From the IMG/VR virus record IMGVR_UViG_3300009497_000001: DNA of 64,000 bases; one strand, given 5' to 3'. Of the stretch, positions 19,741-26,528 are shown one piece after another (the stretch's first letter is position 1; each line of letters begins with the position of its first letter). Made by a program: the position numbers and the translations under genes. Under the pieces are notes generated by a model. The model was not told the DNA's origin, did no database searches, and saw only the letters and a program-made list of their open reading frames with translations. This stretch comes from a virus.

Positions 19741-20154
19741 ATGAAAAAGGTTCTGTTGTTTATTCTAGCATTGTTTATTACCTCAACTATACAGGGTCAA
19801 CAATGGGTTAGTGATGATAGCTTTGTTAATGAAATAAATGGACACTCAGGTGATCAAGATGAAGATATAGTTATTATAGAATTTTGGGCAGAGTTTAATA
19901 AAGACAATGCTTTTATAGACTGGAAGAAGATAGATGATCTTGATGGTGTAAAATATTTAAGAGCTAACATAGCTCAGTGCCCATCATTAAAGAAAGAATT
20001 TAGAATTAGAATGGTGCCCACCATATTAATTTTTTCAGGAGGAGACGCATTTATAAAGTTTAAAGCTAAAGCCGGTCTAGACCTCCTATGCCCTATAGAC
20101 TATCCTAAGATGGTTAGAGCAATAGAGGTTGTTAGACGAGAAGCTTCTTACTAG
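19741..20154 (+). CDS. Secreted thioredoxin-fold protein lacking the CxxC active site (137 aa)
   Basis: Signal peptide MKKVLLFILALFITSTIQGQ. IIEFWAEFNKDNA aligns with thioredoxin vvdFWApWCgpCk but has no cysteines. MVPTILIFSGGD matches the cis-Pro loop region. Confidence 0.55.
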   Translation: MKKVLLFILALFITSTIQGQQWVSDDSFVNEINGHSGDQDEDIVIIEFWAEFNKDNAFIDWKKIDDLDGVKYLRANIAQCPSLKKEFRIRMVPTILIFSGGDAFIKFKAKAGLDLLCPIDYPKMVRAIEVVRREASY

Positions 20155-21776
20155 CCTTCACAGCTAGAACACTCTAAAATATTTCTTGCAAAATCTTGAG
20201 CACTGCTTTTACTAAATTGATAGTATAAAGTTTTTACACCCTCTTCCCAAGCATACATATATAACTTATTTATATCTTTAGCTGATACAGAAGGATCTAT
20301 CATTAAGTTTAATGACTGAGACTGATCAATATACTTTTGTCTTTGTGCTGCCTGCAATACAATCTCTTTTGGAGATATCTCAACAAATGATTTAAATACT
20401 TCTTTGGTAGGAAAATCTAAGTGTTGTACACTACCATCTTTCTTTAAGATAGACTTCCAAGTCTTGTCTGTATTTAGACCGTGCTTCTCAAGCTCCTCTT
20501 CCAAAAATGGATTCTTGTAGATAGTCTTAGACTTAGCAAGATCTTTAATAAAGTAGTTAGACTTGATAGGCTCTATACCCATAGACACAGCACCGTGTAT
20601 AAATGAACTAGACTTAGTAGGAGCAATGGCCATAAGAGTAGTATTAGCATATCCTTCTCTAAGAGATGTGTATCCATAGTCATTATGTAACTCTCTAGAA
20701 GCAATTTCACTTCTGTCTTTTAGTGTTCTAAAGATTTCACTATTTAATCCTTTAGCTTGTAGTGAGTCAAACTCAAGAAGCTTTGATTGAAACAAAGAAT
20801 GATAACCTAACACACCAAGGCCAATAGCTCTATGTTTCTCAGCAAAGTTAAATGCTCTCTTCATACCCGGCATAGTCTCAGACTTAATAATGAATTCATC
20901 CATTACTGCATTTAAGAAATACACATACGTCTCAATTGCATCAGTTTCTTTTATCTGATCCCAGTGTAATAAGTTAATAGACCCAAGACAGCATACAAAA
21001 GAGTTATAACTATCTGTAGGAAGCTGAATTTCTGAACATAAGTTTGAAGCTGTGATCTCCATTCCAAGCTCTTTGTAAGGAGAGTTATTGTTAGAGTTGT
21101 CTTTAAACATAATATAAGGAAAGCCAAACTCACTTCTGTTCTGAATAATTTTTGCCCACACCTTACGCTTACCTTTATCTCCTTCTTTCATTTCATTCAT
21201 CCACTGATCTGTAACTGTAACTCCATACTGTAAGTTTTGTATAGGATTACCTTCTGTCCCTATGTCTAAGAACTCTGAGATGTCTGGATGTTCAACTGGT
21301 AGGTACACTGCACAAGCACCACGTCTTGCTTCAGATTGCTTGCATACATCTACTACTGTATCATAAATCTTAGCATAATGAACTGGACCATCAGCAAAAC
21401 CACCTGTAGATATTTCTGTTCCTCTTGCTCTAATGTTGCCAATAAAAGCACTTGTACCTCCCCCATATTTACTCATCATTCCAATTTCACGCCCTGCATT
21501 TAATATGCTGTCTAAGTTGTCATCAACATTAGATCCGTAACAGCTTATAGGCAAACCTTTTTGTTTACCAAAATTAATCCATACAGGAGTAGACAGAGAG
21601 TAAAACCCTCTTGCCATGTAGTCCTCAAACTTTTCTGCAAAGCCTTTTATATTCAAATACTTTTCTGCTTTTATAGCAATGTCTTTGATTCTTTGTTCAG
21701 GGCTTTCTGATATATACCCTCTTGATAAAAATGTGCGGCTGTCTTCATTCAGCCAGTAGTATTTATTATATTCCAT
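20151..21776 (-). CDS. nrdA: Ribonucleotide reductase class I large subunit, compact form without ATP-cone (541 aa)
   Basis: NLCSEI active-site motif, CCLGSINL, YY pair (KTLYYQF) and a C-terminal CSSC redox tail. Adjacent nrdB. Confidence 0.85.
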   Translation of the reverse strand: MEYNKYYWLNEDSRTFLSRGYISESPEQRIKDIAIKAEKYLNIKGFAEKFEDYMARGFYSLSTPVWINFGKQKGLPISCYGSNVDDNLDSILNAGREIGMMSKYGGGTSAFIGNIRARGTEISTGGFADGPVHYAKIYDTVVDVCKQSEARRGACAVYLPVEHPDISEFLDIGTEGNPIQNLQYGVTVTDQWMNEMKEGDKGKRKVWAKIIQNRSEFGFPYIMFKDNSNNNSPYKELGMEITASNLCSEIQLPTDSYNSFVCCLGSINLLHWDQIKETDAIETYVYFLNAVMDEFIIKSETMPGMKRAFNFAEKHRAIGLGVLGYHSLFQSKLLEFDSLQAKGLNSEIFRTLKDRSEIASRELHNDYGYTSLREGYANTTLMAIAPTKSSSFIHGAVSMGIEPIKSNYFIKDLAKSKTIYKNPFLEEELEKHGLNTDKTWKSILKKDGSVQHLDFPTKEVFKSFVEISPKEIVLQAAQRQKYIDQSQSLNLMIDPSVSAKDINKLYMYAWEEGVKTLYYQFSKSSAQDFARNILECSSCEG

Positions 21777-21788
21777 TGGTTTTTGTTT

Positions 21789-22769
21789 TTAAAATAAATC
21801 ATCAACTGTGATGCTTTTACTTTTTTTATTGTAGTCTACACTCTTTTTGTAAAAGAAGTCTCCTTCTTTGGTTCCAGTTATCTCTATGTCAAACCATTCC
21901 ACTGATTTTAATAATTCATTATCTACTTCAAAGATTGGTTTCATACCTATCTTTTCTAAAGAGTTATTAAATCTATTTTTTATAAAGTGATAGACAGTTT
22001 GCTTAGGTAGGAAATCTAATTCTCCTTGCTCAAAGATCCAATCTAGTATACCACATTCTGCTCTATACGCTTTTCTACATGCAGAATAGATGAGCTCTTC
22101 AAACTCTGCATCAAACCATTCAGGGTTTTCTTTTTTAATAATATTGATAATTTCAGCACCAAAGTTTCCGTGTATCTCTTCTTCTTTACTAGTGGCCTCA
22201 ACAACATTAGATATACCTTTAAGTACATTTTTTTCTTTGTTGAAACTCATCATAATTAGGAACTGACTGAATAGACTTACGTGCTCTATAAATAAAGAGA
22301 ACAGTAATACAGACTTAGTATACATTTTATTATCTCTAGAACGTGTACCATCTAAGTACTTTTTTAAATACTTAAGTCTACCTTCTATTGCCGGTACTTC
22401 AACTACTGATTGAAATTCTTTTTCTAATCCTAGTATTCTAAGCAGTCTGGCGTAAGCATCTTTGTGTCTTACTTCTGACTCAGCAAAAGTAAAACCAACA
22501 TCACCTATTTCTGTAATAGGCATACGCTTATAAAGATCTCCCCAAAAAGTTTTTACATTAACCTCTATTTGAGCAATAGCAAGCATTGTCTTTTTAATAA
22601 CATCTTTTTCTTTATTAGATATAGTGACCTTAAAGTCTTGAATGTCTTCTGTAAAATTAAACTCAGTGTCTATCCAGTAAGAATGTCTTATAGCATCCTT
22701 GTATGCTAATAGTTGAGGGTACTCATAAGGTAATATATTTGTTCTAGGTTTAAAGATGTCTTTGTTCAT
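21789..22769 (-). CDS. nrdB: Ribonucleotide reductase class I small subunit (326 aa)
   Basis: Diiron/tyrosyl signature ESEVRHKDAY (ExxHxxxY), second EEEIHGNF (ExxH), acidic C-terminal VDDLF. Confidence 0.85.
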   Translation of the reverse strand: MNKDIFKPRTNILPYEYPQLLAYKDAIRHSYWIDTEFNFTEDIQDFKVTISNKEKDVIKKTMLAIAQIEVNVKTFWGDLYKRMPITEIGDVGFTFAESEVRHKDAYARLLRILGLEKEFQSVVEVPAIEGRLKYLKKYLDGTRSRDNKMYTKSVLLFSLFIEHVSLFSQFLIMMSFNKEKNVLKGISNVVEATSKEEEIHGNFGAEIINIIKKENPEWFDAEFEELIYSACRKAYRAECGILDWIFEQGELDFLPKQTVYHFIKNRFNNSLEKIGMKPIFEVDNELLKSVEWFDIEITGTKEGDFFYKKSVDYNKKSKSITVDDLF

Positions 22770-22860
22770 AAGGTTATTTATTAAGGATTAAAAAGCCACA
22801 CCCTGAAAAGAGTGCAGCTAGGTAAGTATAATTTAGTCAAAATTTTTTAGACAGTAAAAT

Positions 22861-23049
22861 TTATGACTTCATATTTGCATATGTGAATGTAAAAAATACA
22901 AGACCTATTTCTATACCATTTACCCAACGGTATTCATTGTCTTCACATAGTACTTCACAATTAATAGTTTTTAAACCAAGGAGTGTCTCAGTAGGTAAAA
23001 ACTCAATGCTGAATTTATTTTTAAAAATTATTGGATCTACTTTATTCAT
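22861..23049 (-). CDS. Hypothetical protein (62 aa)
   Basis: ATG start. More natural composition than the overlapping + strand ORF 22883-23074. Lies upstream of nrdBA on the same strand. Confidence 0.4.
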   Translation of the reverse strand: MNKVDPIIFKNKFSIEFLPTETLLGLKTINCEVLCEDNEYRWVNGIEIGLVFFTFTYANMKS

Positions 23050-23090
23050 AAGTTTGTTATTAAAAGATTTATAAATTTTTTAAGAGAAAT

Positions 23091-23112
23091 TTTGTATATT
23101 ATCTATATACAA
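23091..23112 (+). promoter_or_regulatory. TTTGTATATTAT box embedded in an 8-bp inverted repeat (TTGTATAT-5 nt-ATATACAA); candidate promoter/operator in a divergent intergenic region
   Basis: Read directly. The same 12-mer recurs at 23166-23177. The region separates the minus nrd block from the plus structural block. Confidence 0.3.
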
Positions 23113-23165
23113 TTCTGACCAACTATTTACAAATATACTATTATATTTGATTAGGTTCTTTAAAA

Positions 23166-23177
23166 TTTGTATATTAT
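23166..23177 (+). promoter_or_regulatory. Second copy of the TTTGTATATTAT box, 24 nt upstream of ATG 23201
   Basis: Exact 12-nt direct repeat of 23091-23102. Confidence 0.3.
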
Positions 23178-23200
23178 TAGTATAGTAATGTAAATTAAAA

Positions 23201-23368
23201 ATGATGATTAAGAAAATTTTACACGTAGTATGGACATTTAGCCTACAGGACTATTGGAAATGGGCCTGGTCTAAGACAGAAGTTGATGAAAAAGTTATTG
23301 CTGGTGCTAAAGAAACTAAGAAAAGAACTAAAGCTGCAGTAAAAGCACTTAAAGGTAAAAAGAAGTAA
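23201..23368 (+). CDS. Micro-ORF, 55 aa, basic C-terminus (below the ORF-track cutoff)
   Basis: Translates to MMIKKILHVVWTFSLQDYWKWAWSKTEVDEKVIAGAKETKKRTKAAVKALKGKKK. Its TAA overlaps the next ATG (TAATG). Confidence 0.35.
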   Translation: MMIKKILHVVWTFSLQDYWKWAWSKTEVDEKVIAGAKETKKRTKAAVKALKGKKK

Positions 23369-23469
23369 TGAGACAAGTGTGTTTATTAATACAATGGTTA
23401 TCATGTGGCAGAATATGTTTAGGGTATTGCCGTCAAGGACTATGTAAAAAAACTAAAAGCAATATATAA
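23368..23469 (+). CDS. Micro-ORF, 33 aa, Cys-rich
   Basis: MRQVCLLIQWLSCGRICLGYCRQGLCKKTKSNI. TAATG coupling at both ends. Confidence 0.3.
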   Translation: MRQVCLLIQWLSCGRICLGYCRQGLCKKTKSNI

Positions 23470-23618
23470 TGAATGATTGGCAATTACAAATAGCTTTTCA
23501 CTGGCCACATAATAGACTAGCCTTGGGTTGGGATTACATTGCACCAGATGAGACAGCTGATTATACAACAGTTAAACTTTACTTGCTCATAGCAACATTA
23601 ACATTTGATGTATCATGA
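23469..23618 (+). CDS. Micro-ORF, 49 aa
   Basis: MNDWQLQIAFHWPHNRLALGWDYIAPDETADYTTVKLYLLIATLTFDVS. ATGA overlap with the 23615 gene. Confidence 0.35.
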   Translation: MNDWQLQIAFHWPHNRLALGWDYIAPDETADYTTVKLYLLIATLTFDVS

Positions 23619-23851
23619 AGAAATATAGAAAAGGCGGAGGCCTAAAAGCTCAAAAAATGACAAGACAAAAAGCTAAACTACTTTGTAAAATGGCTGAGGG
23701 TGGTGAAGCAGCAATGGATAATATCATGATGAGCTCTATGGAGCAAAAGATGACTAAAGGTGGAGATGCTAAAAGAGTTGCATCATCTGCTGATGGCACA
23801 TCAAAAATGCAGTCATATAAATTAGGTGGTTGGACCCACTCAGGAAAATAA
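23615..23851 (+). CDS. Small Gly/Met/Lys-rich protein (78 aa), paralogue of 25595-25843
   Basis: KMAEGGEAAMDNIMMSSMEQKMTKGGDAKR and SYKLGGW resemble KMGGAMGTKDVMDVIQGSSAMQMKRGGGTKK and SYKVGGA in the paralogue. Confidence 0.6.
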   Translation: MKKYRKGGGLKAQKMTRQKAKLLCKMAEGGEAAMDNIMMSSMEQKMTKGGDAKRVASSADGTSKMQSYKLGGWTHSGK

Positions 23852-23854
23852 GAT

Positions 23855-25099
23855 ATGAATATATTAACTGACATACTAAGTTTAATACAAAGAGGGAAGT
23901 TTACTAACGTTGCAGGAAAAGATGACGTTGTTGTATTAGGTATGTGGAATGAGAAACCTGAAATGACAGGTGTTGCTTCTCCTATACCATATAAGTCAGT
24001 TAAGCTGATTAAAGTTAAGGACCTTGCATCTTCAGAAAACTGTGACTATACCAATACAGATACTACCAGTACTTCTATTGGTGTATTTCAAAAAGAAGAT
24101 ATAGATCCAGCAACTGGAAAGTGTGCTGTATTCTTTAGATCTTTTAAATCTTTAAATCCAAACTTAACTATTCAACTATCAGCAGATGATAATTATATTG
24201 AGTTTGATTCAGAAGGAGAGCCAAACTTAGCAGCTAATGTTGGTGGTGGCAAACAAGTATGGAAAGATAAAGTTGGTGAGACACTTAATTTCAGAACATT
24301 AGTTGAGGGCAGTGGAATTACTATTGCTCAATCAACAAATGAAATCACTATAAGTGCTGCTGATAATGATACAACATATACTTATAATAGTTCTCAATCA
24401 GGTGTTAATGTAGACTTAAAACTAATCGGTTCTGATGGATCATTAGGCAATGTAAAATTAGTTGCTGGTAACAATATAACTTTATCTGATAGTGGATCTA
24501 ATGAAGTAACTATCAGTTCTACTGGAGGAGGTAGTTCAATTAGTCTTACTACTACAGGTACATCTGGTGCAGCTACCTTAAATAGTGGAGTGCTTAACAT
24601 ACCTCAGTATACTACAAGTTTTTCAGTATATGATGAAGAAGGAGGACCTGGTTTTACTGTTGATGATGGTGAAACTGTTTTAATGTTTAGCACCCCTACA
24701 ATTAAAGCAATAACAGGTGTACCAATTGGTTCTCCACCCAATCCTAATTCTATTAGTCTGGGCTTAGGTTGGGACAACCATGTTTCTCTTCTTACTCAAT
24801 CAGGAACTTCTGCTCCTGCAATGATTATGCTTTTAGATAATGGAGTTTCACCTATTACTTGGACTTATACAGCTGTTGGAACATATCAAGCTACTTTTGC
24901 TACTTCTTTTACAGATCTAAATAAAGTAAGTTTTGAAATACAAAATAAGTTTAGTGGTAATGGAACTATTCCATATATAGCAAATATAGTAAATGTAACT
25001 ACATCAGGTTTTACAGTAAAAACTTTTAGAGTAGATACAGGTGCAGCAGTAGACGGTGTATTAGAAAACACACCATTAGAAATTAAAAAATACCCTTAA
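23855..25099 (+). CDS. Tail-fibre-like protein 1 (414 aa)
   Basis: Thr/Ser/Gly/Asn-rich beta-type sequence. Shares the N-terminal motif, the GSDG...VAG...GSN module and LTTTGTSGAATL..LNIPQY with the 1342-aa protein. Confidence 0.65.
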   Translation: MNILTDILSLIQRGKFTNVAGKDDVVVLGMWNEKPEMTGVASPIPYKSVKLIKVKDLASSENCDYTNTDTTSTSIGVFQKEDIDPATGKCAVFFRSFKSLNPNLTIQLSADDNYIEFDSEGEPNLAANVGGGKQVWKDKVGETLNFRTLVEGSGITIAQSTNEITISAADNDTTYTYNSSQSGVNVDLKLIGSDGSLGNVKLVAGNNITLSDSGSNEVTISSTGGGSSISLTTTGTSGAATLNSGVLNIPQYTTSFSVYDEEGGPGFTVDDGETVLMFSTPTIKAITGVPIGSPPNPNSISLGLGWDNHVSLLTQSGTSAPAMIMLLDNGVSPITWTYTAVGTYQATFATSFTDLNKVSFEIQNKFSGNGTIPYIANIVNVTTSGFTVKTFRVDTGAAVDGVLENTPLEIKKYP

Positions 25100-25108
25100 A
25101 TTAAAGAG

Positions 25109-25576
25109 ATGAGTGATAAAAAACCTAAAAAGAAATTTAAAAATACCAAGGTAGGACAGTTCCTTACAGAGAAGGTTCCTAGTATACTTGGTATTGCAGG
25201 AGAGTTACTTCCAGATGCAGGTGTTTTAGGCATGGTTAAATCTTTAATAGAAAAGGAACCAGCTTTATCACCGGTAGATAAAGAGCATGCATTGAAACTA
25301 CTTGAACAAGATATGGTTGAAATGCAAGAGGTAAGCAAGCGTTGGGAAGCAGATATGACTTCTGATTCTTGGCTTAGTAAAAATACAAGACCTATGACTT
25401 TGATATTTTTAACTATATCAATGGTAATATTTATGTTATTGGACAGCTCTGATATTGACTTTAAAGTAGATTCAATCTGGGTTGATTTGTTAAAATCATT
25501 ACTAATAACAGTTTATGTAGCATACTTTGGTTCAAGGGGTGCTGAGAAATTTAAGTCAATAAGCAATAAAAATTAA
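25109..25576 (+). CDS. Membrane protein, possible holin (3-TM GTA-holin-like pattern), 155 aa
   Basis: Hydrophobic segments MTLIFLTISMVIFMLL and LLKSLLITVYVAYFGS. The central segment EADMTSDSWLSKNTRP, just before the first TM, resembles the GTA_holin_3TM family pattern as I remember it. Confidence 0.35.
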   Translation: MSDKKPKKKFKNTKVGQFLTEKVPSILGIAGELLPDAGVLGMVKSLIEKEPALSPVDKEHALKLLEQDMVEMQEVSKRWEADMTSDSWLSKNTRPMTLIFLTISMVIFMLLDSSDIDFKVDSIWVDLLKSLLITVYVAYFGSRGAEKFKSISNKN

Positions 25577-25594
25577 TAATTAAAAATAAAAATT

Positions 25595-25843
25595 ATGCCA
25601 AATAATATGAAAAATGCTGGAATGTCTTACAAGGTAGGAGGAGCCAGAAAAAAGAAAGACTCTTATGGAGATGGTGGTATGGATTATTCATACCAAAATA
25701 TGTTTGCTAAAATGGGTGGTGCTATGGGTACTAAGGATGTAATGGATGTTATCCAAGGATCAAGTGCTATGCAAATGAAAAGAGGTGGTGGTACCAAAAA
25801 AGGTATGGTTAGAAAAACTGCACGTAGAGCATATAAAAAATAA
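25595..25843 (+). CDS. Small Gly/Met/Lys-rich protein (82 aa), paralogue of 23615-23851
   Basis: See 23615-23851. Low-complexity GG/MK-rich sequence with a basic C-terminus. Confidence 0.6.
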   Translation: MPNNMKNAGMSYKVGGARKKKDSYGDGGMDYSYQNMFAKMGGAMGTKDVMDVIQGSSAMQMKRGGGTKKGMVRKTARRAYKK

Positions 25844-25846
25844 GAT

Positions 25847-25933
25847 ATGAGTAATAGTAAACAACAATGTCAATGTGGTAACACTCAAAATCCTGATGGG
25901 CTTTGTGATGGATCTCACTTGATTAAAAAATAA
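25847..25933 (+). CDS. 28-aa micro-ORF with a CDGSH-type iron-sulfur/zinc-finger-like motif
   Basis: MSNSKQQCQCGNTQNPDGLCDGSHLIKK. CxC...T..P...CDGSH resembles the CDGSH signature with one extra residue. ATG is 3 nt after the upstream stop, and the stop is 6 nt before the next ATG. Confidence 0.4.
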   Translation: MSNSKQQCQCGNTQNPDGLCDGSHLIKK

Positions 25934-25939
25934 ACAATT

Positions 25940-26167
25940 ATGGCAAAGAAAATATCATTCCCAATGGGAGACGGAAAGGTAGAGAATGGGTATTATGACC
26001 CAACTTCTATACCATCAAAAATTCAAGCAAAAAAGAATGCAACTGCTACAGCAACTAGAATGAGACTAGCTGCACAAGGAGTTGAGATTAAACGTATGTC
26101 TACTAGAGCATCTGAACCAGTTCAATCAGAAGCTTTTAAAAATGGATATAGAAACGGTAAAAAATAA
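25940..26167 (+). CDS. Hypothetical small protein (75 aa)
   Basis: ATG start, tight packing, no motif recognised. Confidence 0.6.
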   Translation: MAKKISFPMGDGKVENGYYDPTSIPSKIQAKKNATATATRMRLAAQGVEIKRMSTRASEPVQSEAFKNGYRNGKK

Positions 26168-26173
26168 ATTACT

Positions 26174-26518
26174 ATGGCAACATTAACAGCACAACAAATA
26201 AGTCAAGCAGGTATAGTACCTGTAACAGTAACTCCTGAATCAACAGGTGATAAACTTGCAAATACTGGAAAGCAGTTTTTTCATATTGAAAATGCTAGTG
26301 GTTCATCAGTAACAGCTACAGTTGTTCCTGTAGTTACTACTGTTGTAGATCCTTTGTTAGGAGTACTTGCAAAAGAAAATGCTGTTTTAACATTATCTGC
26401 GGGTGAAGAAGGATTTTTAGGACCTTTTGAAGTTGATGCTTTTAATGATGTTGATGGTAATATAACAATAACATGTTCAGCAACAGCTAGTATTAAACTA
26501 TCTGCTCTGTACTTATAA
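26174..26518 (+). CDS. Hypothetical beta-rich small structural-type protein (114 aa)
   Basis: Val/Thr-rich beta-strand-like sequence, located directly upstream of the large fibre gene. Confidence 0.6.
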   Translation: MATLTAQQISQAGIVPVTVTPESTGDKLANTGKQFFHIENASGSSVTATVVPVVTTVVDPLLGVLAKENAVLTLSAGEEGFLGPFEVDAFNDVDGNITITCSATASIKLSALYL

Positions 26519-26528
26519 ATAGAAAACA

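Noticed and set aside
22883-23074. Plus-strand 63-aa ORF overlapping 22861-23049
   Set aside because: Its composition (Ser/Leu/Ile-rich) looks like a shadow frame. The minus-strand ORF has a cleaner ATG and fits the nrd transcription direction. Neither is certain.
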